Of a stretch of DNA of 64,000 bases, positions 34,811-46,089 are shown piece after piece; within the stretch, counting starts at the first letter, position 1; the number at the start of each line of letters is the position of its first letter. Source of the DNA: Heteronotia binoei (lineage: Eukaryota). The stretch lies in NCBI RefSeq assembly GCF_032191835.1, contig NC_083234.1:27714001-27778000 (forward strand), read 5' to 3'. The position numbers were made by a program, and so were the translations under genes. The notes under the pieces are model-generated. The model saw nothing but the letters and a program-made list of their open reading frames with translations, did not search any database and was not told the DNA's origin.

Positions 34811-34913
34811 CTGTGGAAATCTTTCTGCTGGATTTACTCTGCTCAACATAGCCAAGGCAAAAGCAGCTGTTTTACCAGTCCCCGACTGGCTCTGAGCAAT
34901 AAGATTTTGCGGT
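34811..34913 (-). CDS. DDX25: DDX25 exon 6 (Walker A, AQSQSGTGKT)
   Basis: PQNLIAQSQSGTGKTAAFALAMLSRVNPAERFPQ; 103 nt. Confidence 0.95.
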
Positions 34914-35154
34914 CTGAAATACAGTATCAAGCTTGCATTATTACGAACAGATAACAATAATTCAAGAAAGGCAGTGGGACTCTGGATTCTTTGGAGGGGG
35001 GGGGGGGGATCAAAACATATCTCCAAACAAATCAGAAATGGCCCAACAAATTCACAAAACCAGTTGTGATACAAACAAATGGAAGAGACGAGACCAAAAA
35101 AATACAAAATTGGAGATGAGGAAGGGGTTAAAAAGCACAACACAGAGTGAAGGG

Positions 35155-35360
35155 GCTGTGGCTCACTGGTAGAGCATCTGTTTGGTATGCAGAAGATCCC
35201 AGGTGCAATCCCTGGCATCTCCAGGTAAAAAAAAAGGTCAGGCAGTAGGTGATATAAAAGACCTCTGACCTGAAACCCTGGAGAGCCACTGCCAGTCTGA
35301 GTTGGTAGTACTGACCTCAATGGACTAATGGTCTGATTCAGTATAAGGCAGCTTCATGTG
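35155..35360 (+). mobile_element. tRNA-derived SINE
   Basis: GGGGCTGTGGCTCACTGGTAGAGCATCTG…GGTGCAATCCCTGGC head plus body. Confidence 0.7.
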
Positions 35361-35403
35361 TACAAGACACTAACTTAAATTTTAAATTTAAAAAAAAACT
35401 TAC

Positions 35404-35496
35404 GGGTCAGCTAGCATCATTGGAAGAGCAGTCTCTTGTATTTTGGATGGTCTGTTAAAACCCATGCTGTAAATTCCTTGTAACAGCTCATCTTTT
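35404..35496 (-). CDS. DDX25: DDX25 exon 5 (Q motif)
   Basis: KDELLQGIYSMGFNRPSKIQETALPMMLAD; 93 nt with AG/GTAAGT boundaries. Confidence 0.95.
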
Positions 35497-35690
35497 CTGT
35501 TAAATGAGAGATAAAGTAGCTAATTACAAGATGTTAAGGAATCTAAATAAAATCAAGATTATTTTAAACTTAAACTTTCCCGACATCAAAATGCAGTGCA
35601 GCAGCAGGTATGACAGGGATGCTAGCTACCACCTCTATACTAAAGAACCACTGAAAATATCAACTTTCACACAGTCAAGTATGTTTAATG

Positions 35691-35796
35691 GCTAGCAACA
35701 TTGGAAGAGCAGTCTCTTGTATTTTGGATGGTCTGTTAAAGCCCATGCTGTAAATTCCTTGTAACAGCTCACCATTTCCATTGAGAGATAAAGTAG
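35691..35796 (-). pseudogene. Degenerate tandem duplicate of DDX25 exon 5 (pseudo-exon)
   Basis: Near-identical to 35410-35519 but lacks the acceptor AG and the donor GT. Confidence 0.85.
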
Positions 35797-35862
35797 TCAG
35801 CCCACCTTTTTTGCTGAGACTCCAGGAGGATTATAGTGCAAGACAATGCAATCAAACAGCAT

Positions 35863-36302
35863 GAGCCAGTGTGGTATAGTGGTTAAAAGCAGCGGGCTCT
35901 AACCTGGAGAACTGGGTTCTATTCCCCGCTCCTCTACATGAAGTCAGCTGGGTGACCTTGGGTCAGTCACAGCCACTGTTCCCTCTAAGCTGAGTTAATG
36001 TGAGCTAGCTCACAATTTTTTAGCATCCAGCTCACACATTTTTTGTCTTAGCTCTGGAAAAATGGCCCCAAAGCAAACTAATTTATGCAGTAGCTTGCAA
36101 TTTTAATGCCAGTAGCTCACAATGTAGAATTTTTGCTCACAAGACTCCACAGCTTAGAGGAAACATTGGTCACGGTACTTTTCTCAGCCCCACCTACTTC
36201 ACAGGGTGTCTGCTGTGGGGAAAGGAAGGGAAGGTGATTGTAAGCTGCTATGAGACTCCTTTGGGTAGAGAAAAGCAAGGTATAAAAAACAACTCTTCTT
36301 CT
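35863..36302 (+). mobile_element. SINE split by a nested hAT MITE (35974-36168)
   Basis: SINE head at 35863-35973 and tail at 36175-36302. The MITE has CACTGTTCCCTCTAAGC…GCTTAGAGGAAACATTG TIRs with an imperfect TSD GTCACAGC/GTCACGGT. Confidence 0.65.
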
Positions 36303-37719
36303 AGCATGGCAACATTCAACAAACAAAGCTACACGGTAAGTATTAAAACAGCTTTTCAGTTTATTGAAAGCCATGGAAGCTTGCTGGGTGACCCTAAGCC
36401 AGACACAAACTCTCATCTACCTTATTGGAGTCTTGTGAGGATCAAACTGCTTTGGATCCCCGTTGTGGAGACAGGTGGGGTATAGAGTAAATAAACTCTT
36501 TCTTGAGCTATTTGGGATAAAGTATTTCCCCTAGCTGAAGCAGGCAAGTACTTCTCTTCTTGCTTTCTTCCAGTGCACAAAATAATTTGCAAATGTGAAA
36601 CATTTGAATGTTCTGCTAAAAGTATTCTTTTTCCCATCACCAGATGCTTTAAATTGAAGTCCTCAGTTCCTTTTGCTCTGTTTCTGGCTTGTTGCAATAC
36701 AGAAGGTTTATATAAATCTATGAAAAGCCCTGGCAAATTTTCTCTGGCTCTAGAAGCCAGCCCAAAATTTAGGAGGAAAGTTAATCTTTTTTTTTAGCCT
36801 TCAGGGTTTTGCATGTTAATGATAAGGTTTTCTAATTATTGCTACCACAAAATCAAATCCTAACCTCCTCACAGTTTCTCATAATTGTATTAAAGCTCTG
36901 TCAAATGTGTGGCTGTGTATAAATAAATACAGGAGAAACCCTGGTTATCATCAACATATGGTTGTCATCAACCCTAGTCTAACTTCTTTCCAGTTTCGCG
37001 TAATTCCCTTACTGCTTTTAAAAACCCTATTTAATTAAACACCGGAAACAGTGTAGAAAACAGCAGATTAAGAAATGAAATCATATATCACCACTGAATG
37101 GTGTAAAGTTTACATGTACACAAGCAGAACAAGAACTTCACGCACACTATTTTTGTCAATTCTCCTTATTACAGTCCTTATTCCATGTTGCTTTTGTCTA
37201 CACAGGTCCCATAATCGCAACATAGCCTTTAAGGTGGTCAAACTGGACCCTGTGGCAGAACATGCTTGCTCTGGCCTGTGGGCCCCATTCCACCCTGCCC
37301 TCCTGGGGGGTTCCCAACTCCCTGGAGGGGGGTTTCTCCTTTACTCTCAAGTAACCACTACCACCACCTAATTAATACAGGGGTTTCCCAATGAAGAGAT
37401 CAGGACCCTCAGCTCCCCTTCCAAGCTCAGAGGCCTTGCCTCAGTGTCTCCCATTAGCCCAGAACCTGGCTACCATGGGGACAATTTACTGTATCATCCA
37501 CCCTTTTTAGAATAGTGTGCACCAAATGGTAGAGGCCTATGTGGTACAGAGAATCAATGTCAGAATTAAAAGCTATAAAGTATTTATTAAAAATTACATG
37601 CATACTTTTAGCACAGCACTAGATTAAATCAAGAAAGAACAAAATAAAGTGGTAAAATGATTTGTCTCATTTCTGAAGGGTCGGGGACAGAGGGTGGTGC
37701 TATAGAATTGGGTCTCCCA

Positions 37720-38270
37720 CAACATTCTTTGGTGTGTGGTATCCCTCAAGGGGCAATCCTCTCCCCTATGTTACTTAACATCTATATGTCCCCCCCTCAT
37801 CTAGCTGATATGGAGTTTCAGGCTAGGCTGTCACCAATATGTGGTTGACAGCCAACTGAATACTGCCCCAGGTATTTTGGCCAACAGTTTGAGGGCTGTG
37901 CTTGGTTGGTTGAAATACAGCCAGCTGAAATTAAATCCATCTAAGACAGAGGTTCTGTGGCTGGGCAAATTTGGGTTTAGGGTGCCAACCCCCAGCTCTT
38001 GATGATGTTCCTTTAACACTAGTGCCAACTGACAGAAGCCTAGGTGTGATTCTGGATGCCTCCCTTTCTGTGGAGGTCCAGGTCACAAATGTGGCCAGAC
38101 TGGCATTTTTCCATCTGTGCCAGGTCAGGCAACTGGTTCCTTCCCGTATCACCCTGACTTAGCCACAGTGATCCATGCAATGGTCACCTCCAGACTAGAC
38201 TAATGTAATTCGTTCTATGCAGGGTGACCCTTGGCTGACCTAGAAATTGCAACTGGTCCAGAATGCAGCA
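37720..38270 (+). mobile_element. L2-type LINE reverse transcriptase fragment, degraded
   Basis: CGIPQGAILSPMLLNIYM, then out-of-frame LKLNPSKTEVLW, RSLGVILDASL and ARLAFFHL remnants. Confidence 0.75.
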
Positions 38271-38691
38271 GTATCACCAATATCTTTCATCATGATTTAC
38301 ATAAATGTTGTGTGTGCTACCCTTGTGGGAACACCATAAAAATCTTAGAGGAATGATACAAGAACTACCATGCAAAGCTGGAGATGGAGGTAGAGAACGA
38401 AAATGGGCAGCAAAAGAGAAGCAGTTTGGGACAAAAGAAATAGAGAACAGTGGGTAAGTAAGCCTTTAAATGACAGACAGCATACATTCAGAAACAATAC
38501 TGAGCAGGGTTTTCAAAGATACAAGGAAAACTCAGTTCAAAACGCTGGGCACTGGATAGCAGGTAGAATGACAATTCCTTAGTGAGTTACCCTGGCTGGT
38601 TTAAATTTCTGAGTAGACTAAACTCACTTACAGCCCCTCACTGCACAAGGACATTTACAGACATTGTGTTATGTATTTTATTGTTACTCAC

Positions 38692-38827
38692 AGATGCAGT
38701 TCTTCAAATGTTTTTACAGAAAACAGGGGTGACCTGGGATCTCGTTGAAGAACTTCTACGTTGTTGCTGCAGTCCACAAGGGATTTTCTTATCAACTTGT
38801 TTAAGAGCGAAGTTTCTGCTAAAGTTG
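38692..38827 (-). CDS. DDX25: DDX25 exon 4
   Basis: TLAETSLLNKLIRKSLVDCSNNVEVLQRDPRSPLFSVKTFEELHL; 136 nt with CAG/GTGAGT boundaries. Confidence 0.93.
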
Positions 38828-39570
38828 CTGTTTAATGTTAACAGAAGAATAAAATCAATAATAAAACAGTACTTTTGGGTTGGTGGCCAGGTGTCCTCTC
38901 ATGAAATGAATGCAGAAAGAAAAGCAATGGCAAGATTAATGTTAGCTGCACATTGGAAAAGCAGTACACTACCCTCCATACAAGTCTGGAGATCACAACT
39001 ATGGATTTATTTCCTTTATGCATTTAATATACAGACAGAATGCATTCTAATATACAGACAGAATGCAGTAAAGAGAAGTTTATTGCCCTTTGGTTCCCAA
39101 TAATTTCTTATCTAACTAAAAATGATGTTCTCCACAAAAACAAATTTTATCATGAGCTTATTTACTTTTGACTTGCCTGATGTATATAAGCACTGAGAAG
39201 TTATGTCTTTCTGGAAATGCCTGCTCTTCAGTTAAAAACTTTCAACTACCACACTATATTTCTAATTTATTTTGTATTTGCTTTTATGCTTCTGGAGAGA
39301 TCATGTTGTCCCCTTTATGGAAATATTGCTGTCTCTTTGTTGTTTCATTGTCTATTCAAAAAAATTGTAATAATAAAAAAATAACTACCCACAGAAGTCT
39401 GAGTTTGTCAGGCAGAGGGGGGTTCTCCTAGCCCTTTATTTTTCCATGCAAATGCATCCTCCATAGAAGCAGTTCCTAAAATCATGTGAGCCTCTATCTG
39501 TAAATACAACCCCAACAGCAGTTTTCTAACTCATTAAGAAAAAAAATGTTACTGTAGTATGTTGTCCTAC

Positions 39571-39621
39571 CTCGATCATCATCTTCATCCTCGTCTGCAT
39601 TGTTGCTGCAGCCTCTCTTCT
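39571..39621 (-). CDS. DDX25: DDX25 exon 3 (acidic: KRGCSNNADEDEDDDR)
   Basis: Poly-T/TAAG acceptor and GTAGGA donor; phases fit; resembles the human NNINEDDEEDV segment. Confidence 0.75.
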
Positions 39622-40536
39622 CTTAAAAAAAAATGTTGCAAGCCCATCTTATAAAGACAATCCAAACTATAATGCAAAGAGTTTTTTCCCTGGGGGAGGG
39701 GGGGAGTTCAGTTCAGTTTATTAATACAGTCATTGACCAGAACATTTTAGTCATCTAAAACAACCTTTAAAATACCTTATAAAAAGTCCCACAAAGAATC
39801 TGCATGTTAAAATTGATGACTTGAGGGTTATAACAGTAAAAAAAATTTTTTAAAGGTTGTTATTTAACCTTTTAAACCATTCTGGGAGATAAATAATGTA
39901 AATAAATAAAAGCCACTCAAGTAGATTATGATAATGCCATAAAAGGGTAACCTGCCAAAATATGAGGATAGTTTAAACACTGAACACAGTGCATCAAGAT
40001 TCACTATCAAAAGAAGAGGAAAAATAAAAGCTAGAAATGCAGTGTCCAAGCAAAAGTATTAAATGGGCCAAGAACATTCATCATGCTATTTAGCTACCCA
40101 AATAATACACACATGTGGAAACAGTAACATGAAACAAATAAGAACAGAATGACAAAGTCTAAGAGAGCTTTTAACGAAGAGTTGTGTTCCCAAATTTGAG
40201 AATGTTATGGGCATTTAAAAAAAAACACAATACCAAGTTTTGGATTGTTCTGTAACATGTGTAAATAAATATTACTGTGAAACACACCTTTTTATTATTA
40301 ACAATATTTTAGCAATGAGTCAATAAACAATCTATTGTTTCTCAGCCTTTCAGCTAAGATCAAGTGTAGTAGTGTAATCTATTACATAGCAAGAAGAAAC
40401 AAAAGAAGTGCTTACAGTAAATAATTACTGCATTTGTTTTGTATCTTGCCAATCCAGATATCCAAGACAAACAAGGCTGACAAATGAAACTGCTGTACAG
40501 CACTAACAGGCAAGAGAAACTCAGTTACTTCTTTAC

Positions 40537-40579
40537 CTGAAGCAGTGAAATGTTGGATAGTCCCACATGATCTGCTGAG
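40537..40579 (-). CDS. DDX25: DDX25 candidate exon 2 (LSRSCGTIQHFTAS)
   Basis: Strong acceptor TCTTTCTGTCTTCCAG and donor CAG|GTAAAG; phase 0 to 1 fits exon 3. Little sequence similarity to mammalian DDX25. Confidence 0.55.
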
Positions 40580-40959
40580 CTGGAAGACAGAAAGATTAAC
40601 CACCATGACTAGGGCAAATTAAAGCATGTTGAGCCCAGGGCTTATTTATTTATTACTTTAGTTTTCTATCCTGCCCTCTCCGCAAGCAGACTCAGGGCAG
40701 CTAAAGGTCAATCAAAACACAATTTAAAATTACAATTAAGAGCTTAGCACTGATGACATGTGACCCTGTCAAATCCAACTAGAGCAATATAATGATGAAT
40801 CTCTACTTGTTATCTTCTAATAGATACAGTCAAATGGCTACCTGTAAAACAGTGGCAAGGGATTGCCCGGAAGGGCTTCTGCAAACTCAGGCAATACCCA
40901 AATAAGTAGGGCAGAAATTAGTCCATAAATTGAGCACTTCTATCTGATGAGGGATATAA

Positions 40960-41266
40960 TGTACCACGACGTGAGACGGTAGAAGGGCAACATGCTTTAT
41001 TACAGGTACATTATAAGAGGTAAGAGACAGAACACGCAGGCCGGGTCCCGCTATATATACAATACCCGGAACGGCCTCTCAGTCAGGCCAGCCCTATCCC
41101 GGCTATTCGGGCTTCCCGCCCTAGCAGGTGATTGGTGGAGCGTTCGCGCGCTCTGCGGTGCCGCTGAGGGACAGCCCCTGTCCGTACCGCACCTGGCCGC
41201 GTGAGGCGGTGTGTCGTCCATTCGCTGTTACGTTATTACGTTATGCCAACCTTGCGATACACTACA
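40960..41266 (-). mobile_element. Candidate solo LTR (307 bp, TG…CA)
   Basis: CpG-rich island within an AT-rich intron. TGTA…TACA ends. On the minus strand: CCAAT (41131-35), GC box, TATA (41052-59) and AATAAA (40996-41001). AGGGATA direct repeat at 40950-56 and 41267-73. Confidence 0.6.
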
Positions 41267-41759
41267 AGGGATAAATGTGCTTGCTGCATACAACTACAGA
41301 AGGCTAAGGGCAGCTGTTGGAGAGGGAACACCAGAGGGAAAACTCATGCTCCTAAGGGTTTACAGCAGCTGGAAGACATGAAACACACATCCTTCTCAAC
41401 TCTCCCACACAGTAGGAAGAAAGGCAGCTAAATTCCCATCTCCTTCACTACAGAACTCAGCCCAGGAGTAGGCTTTATCTATCTAGGAGCTTTATGGACC
41501 TCTTCTTCAGACACCTGGAGGCAGCTAACAAAGCAAACAAAGAAACAATGTAGTGGCTGTTAACCACTAGCACCAACCAAGTATGAGACATTATCACTGA
41601 ATGCTTCCCACAAGTACAAAAACATGTAGAAAGGAAAACAGCATGGCAGACAAGTGAGACCTCTGTGCCTCGTGGCCATTTGCCAACTCTTTAGTGTTTG
41701 GTTTTGCTGTGTACCACTTTTTAATGGCATGGGGCAGAAGTCTGGGTCTTTACCTTCAG

Positions 41760-42015
41760 GTAGGGTTCCCAACTCTGGGTTCGCAAGTACCTGGAGATTT
41801 GGGAGGAGAGGACCAAGAAGAGCGAGGTTTAGGGAGGGAGGGACATTGATAAGATATAATGCCATGCAGTTCACCTTCCAAAGCAGCCATTTCCTCCAGG
41901 AGAAGTGGAATAAATATAAATATTTTAAATAAACAAATAAAAAGTCATTTATGCAGCTTGGAGATCAGTTGTAATTCAGGGAGATCTCCAGTCTCCATTT
42001 GGAGATTGGCCACCA
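41760..42015. mobile_element. MITE ('TAGGGTTGCCA' family)
   Basis: TAGGGTTCCCAAC…GATTGGCCACC; shared internal sequence with 20-235. Confidence 0.45.
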
Positions 42016-42037
42016 ATCAGAGCTGGTTTGGTGTAGT

Positions 42038-42340
42038 GGCCACCAATCAGAGCTGGTTTGGTGTAGTGGTTAAGTGTGCGTACTCTTATCTGGGAGAACC
42101 GGGTTTGATTCCCCACTCCTCCACTTGCACCTGCTGCAATGGCCTTGGGTCAGCCATAGCTCTGGCAGAGGTTGTCCTTGAAAGGGCAGCTGCTGTGAGA
42201 GCCCTCTCCAGCCCCACCCACCTCACAGGGTGACTGTTGTGGGGGAGGAAGGTAAAGGAGATTGTGAGCCGCTCTGAGACTCTTCGGAGTGGAGGGCGGG
42301 ATATAAATCCAATATCTTCTTCTTCTTCTTCTTCTTCTTC
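42038..42340 (+). mobile_element. SINE (CCAGTTTGG family) with (TTC)n tail
   Basis: Full-length, well-preserved copy. A 30-bp tandem duplication lies at its 5' junction (42008-42067). Confidence 0.8.
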
Positions 42341-42439
42341 ATATCCTCAGGAGATGTGAGAGCTCCATTGGTTGTCAGAAGCCACTGCAAGTGGCAGGGG
42401 ATGTCTAAAGTCCCAAACAGTGCTGAAAGCCCCCAAGAC

Positions 42440-43120
42440 TTGTAGATCCTGATTGCAATAAAAAAGGCCCATGCCATGCTGGGAATTATTAGGAAGGGAA
42501 CTGAAAACAAATCAGCCAGTATCATAATGCCCCTGTATAAATCGATGGTGCAGTCTCATTTGGAATACTGTGTGCAATTCTGGTCACCGCACCTCAAAAA
42601 GGATATTATAGCATTGGAAAAAGTGCAGAAAAGGGCAACTAGAATGATTAAAGGTTTGGGACACTTTCCCTATGAAGAAAGGTTAAAACGCTTGGGGCTC
42701 TTTAGCTTGGAGAAACGTGGACTGTGGGGTGACATGATAGAGATTTACAAGATTATGCATGGGATGGAGAAGGCAGAGAAAAAAGTACTTTCCTCCCTTT
42801 CTCACAATACAAGAACTTGTGGGCATTCAATGAAATTGCTGAGCAGTCGGGTTAGAACGGATAAAAGGAGGTACTTTTTCACCCAAAGGGTGATTAACAT
42901 GTGGAATTCACTGCCACAGGAGGTGGTGGCGGCTACAAGCATATCCAGCTTCAAGAGGGGGTTGGATAAAAATATGGAGCAGAGGTCCATCAGTGGCTAT
43001 TAGCGACAGTGTGCATATATGTATATATTTATATATTAAAAATTTTTGGCCACTGTGACACAGAGTGTTGGACTGGATGGGCCACTGGCCTGATCCAACA
43101 TGGTTTCTCTTATGTTCTTA
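42440..43120 (+). mobile_element. CR1 LINE 5'-truncated copy (RT C-terminal ORF 42476-43003 plus 3' UTR)
   Basis: LYKSMVQSHLEYCVQFWSPHLKKDI…LEKVQKRATRMIKGL…YEERLKRLGLFSLEK…FFTQRVINMWNSLP are CR1 ORF2 C-terminal motifs. Confidence 0.92.
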
Positions 43121-43853
43121 TGTCTGTGTGCAGAGCCCATTAAGCATCACTGATCTAGTGCATATTTTTATCCCTCCCTTTCGTTAAAGAGCTCAGAATT
43201 CAACACACACACACACCCCGCACCATTTATCCTCACAACATCCGTGAGATAGAGACAAAAAGAGAGGTCTGTGAACTTCCTGGTAGAATGAGAATTTGAA
43301 TCCAAGTCTACCAAATCTACTGTAACCACTACTCAACACCGGCTCCCTCACCTAGCTCTAAAATTCAGTAACCAGCTCTATGAGGCAAGTACCGGTATGC
43401 TACAGTGCTAGAATGTTGAGATTCAGGGCAGGGTTTTACCCTCCCCTCAAAACTCAGCAGACTGAGACAGTGGGGATGTTATTATCTTCTCATGATTCCT
43501 TACACATCCCCAACTTGTATTCCTCTAATACAAATAACTTATACTTGCTTCTCATAGTAAACAAAACCTAACCACATGAACCACCTGATGCGATCATGAC
43601 TGGAAGCTGCCAAATCCTACAAAATCATCTGAGAAGTCTTTACATCACAGTGCTCATTCCAGAGAAGATGCACCAAATCTTTACTCGTGTTGTTTGTCAA
43701 ACAAATGTATAGCTCCAATGCAGACATGAAAAATGATGTCCTGCCACATACCACACAGTTGGATGATAAGTAACCAGAGGGACAATTTTCTAATCATTCA
43801 AACCAGGATTGCACCCATATAAGATCTATATCACTTTACTTGTTATAATAGCC

Positions 43854-44141
43854 CATGGGTGGCCAAACTTGCTTAACGTAAGAGCCAGACAGAACAAACA
43901 TCAGATGTTTGAGAGCTCCAAGGAAGGAAGGTAGGAAAGAAAAAGGGGGGGGATGGAAAGAAAACAATTTTAACTTTAAATGCATTCTCCAAGCTGCTAG
44001 CTGACTTGGTTTGGATAAGAGAATTAAAGAGAGAAATGCCTTCTCCAAATCCGCAGATGGGGTGGTGAGGGCTTTTGAGAGCCACACAATATGTGTGAAG
44101 GAACCACATGTGGCTCCCGAGCTGCAATTTGGCCACCCCTG
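43854..44141. mobile_element. hAT MITE with perfect 8-bp TSD
   Basis: CATGGGTGGCCAAA…TTTGGCCACCCCTG flanked by TAATAGCC (43846-53 and 44142-49). Confidence 0.8.
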
Positions 44142-44499
44142 TAATAGCCAATGACACAGCATATTGCATTAGCAGTATATCATAAACATATAACATGGTA
44201 TTATAAGACACTACTGCTGTATTTTGCCACATTAAACACCATATTATATAATATTATCATAGGGAGATCTAGTACTGTTGGGTACACTGCAGTACATAAA
44301 GAGGATGGGTGTTAATAAAAAAATTAAATTAAAAATTACAAAAGGGTTTTTCAAAAAAATCACATAACTTGGAGCAAGATACAAGAAAAAAGGTCAACAT
44401 ACTCTATGCTACATGCATGAAACAAAGAAAATAGATCTGGGGAGATATTAGATCTGAAAAAAAGCGGGGTGGGAGTGGTTAAAGGCTTTATTGAGTAAC

Positions 44500-44790
44500 C
44501 TAAGGAGAGCCCCGTGGCGCAGCGTGGTAAAGCTGCAGCACTGCAGTCCAAGCTCTGCTCAGGACCCGAGTTCGATCCCGGCAGAAGCTGGTTCAGGTAG
44601 CCGGCTCAAAAATTGACTCAGCCTTCCATGGTCGACCAAATGAGTACCCAGCTTGCTGGGGGTCAAATGTAGATGACTGGGGAAGGCGATGGCAAAACCA
44701 CCCTTAACAAGTCTGCCGTGAAAACGTTGTGATGCGACCTCACCCCTGAGTCGGAAACAACTGATGCTTGCAGCGGGGATTACTTTTACT
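44500..44790 (+). mobile_element. Sauria SINE
   Basis: tRNA-like head (GGCGCAGCGTGGT…GAGTTCGATCCC), GACTCAGCCTTCCAT core and a (TACTTT)n tail. Confidence 0.75.
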
Positions 44791-45015
44791 TTTAACCCAA
44801 GGAGCCCAACCACTGAGAGGTCAAGATTAGTGCTTTTAATTTAGGCCGCACGTGAAACCCTCCACGTTACTCTGAGGCGGCGTTTTGTCGCCTAAATTAG
44901 TACGTTATCCGGGTAACAAGGTGGAGGGATACGACCCAGAGACAGGAAAAGGAGACTGAGGAAGACGAAGGCTGGTGTCTGCCCGCCAACTGGAGGCGCC
45001 CCTACCCCCTCTTAC

Positions 45016-45093
45016 ACTCTGAGGGAGCCCAAAAGAATCCCTCGCGGAGACCTCAACCAGCCCCCTCGCCAACCGTCTGTTCCGCGGCCACAT
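45016..45093 (-). CDS. DDX25: DDX25 candidate exon 1 (MWPRNRRLARGLVEVSARDSFGLPQS)
   Basis: ATG at 45093 with a phase-0 GTAAGA donor inside the CpG island gives a 482-aa total. There is no real homology support. Confidence 0.35.
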
Positions 45094-45496
45094 CTCTCGC
45101 CCAGCTCCTCCGCGAGCCGCCAAGGGGAAGGGACCACGTGAGGCGCCTCGACCAAGCACGAGGCCGAGCCCAGAAGCTCGCGCCTCCTGCAGGCTGTTGG
45201 GCGAGGCCGAGAGGGGGAGGGGGCGTGGCCTCGTCGCTATTGCTCCTAGCCCGCTCCTTGGGCGCGGTTGCCGTGGAGACGGCGATGCCGAAGTCGCCTT
45301 CCAGCCTCGCTTGTCGCAACGCAAAGGCGCGCCAGAGCCTTGTTGGTGTGGTGGCACCTTGAAAGCGGAATAGTTTCGCCTGGCGGCGGCTCTGGTAAAC
45401 TGCAGAGACGTCCGCGAAAGCGTCTGCGGGGCTGCGATCACGCACACACGAGAGAGAGCCAACAGCCAAGCGGGCAGCCGTGTTGGTCTGAAGCAG

Positions 45497-45687
45497 TTGA
45501 ACAAAGCAGGAGTCAAGTGGCACCTTTAAGACCAACAACAGTTTTATTCAGAACGTAAACTTTCGTGTACTAAAAGCACACTAAAAGTACCTCGTCTGAA
45601 GAAGTGTGCTTTTAGCACACGAAAGCTTGCGTTCTGAATAAAACTTTGTTGGTCTTAAAGGTGACACTTGACTCCTGCTTTGTTCAA
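45497..45687. mobile_element. Penelope-like inverted terminal repeats (86-bp arms) with hammerhead-like core
   Basis: Arms 45497-45582 and 45603-45687 are reverse complements with few mismatches. CTGAAGA-stem-GAAA occurs at 45596-45624. Confidence 0.65.
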
Positions 45688-46089
45688 ACACACACGAAGG
45701 ATGCACTTTCAATTCAGTTTCAACCCACTTTCCAACTGGGTTTGCCCGTTCACACTGTAAAATCCAGTTGAAAACTGCATGGGAAGCGGATTGAAAGTGC
45801 ATTATTTAGAGTGTGGGATGACAGCCCGGGTGGAATTAAAAAGTGTGTTGGTTTTTTTACAGCTGGCCGCCCCAGGCTCCTGCTTAATTTTACAACTGAC
45901 ATGATGACCCCTCTGGATGCGATAAATGTCCGTTGGTCTGGCTTTGGTTAGCAACGGAAACAAGAGCCCTGTTGGATTGCGGCCGCAGTCTGTCTAGTTC
46001 AGAAAGCGCCCAGGAAGGCTCGGGAAATGGAGGCGTTATTCCGCCCGCCCCCCCCCCCCCTCCTTATTACCCTCAAGCTAAATAGCTAT

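Noticed and set aside
34454-35320. 288-aa minus-strand ORF
   Set aside because: Chance read-through of intron and SINE sequence around the 103-nt DDX25 exon 6.
44905-45538. Long minus-strand ORFs (203 aa and 161 aa) across the DDX25 CpG island
   Set aside because: They start at non-ATG codons in Penelope-derived sequence and are explained by GC richness. Only the last 26 codons before the donor were kept as candidate exon 1.
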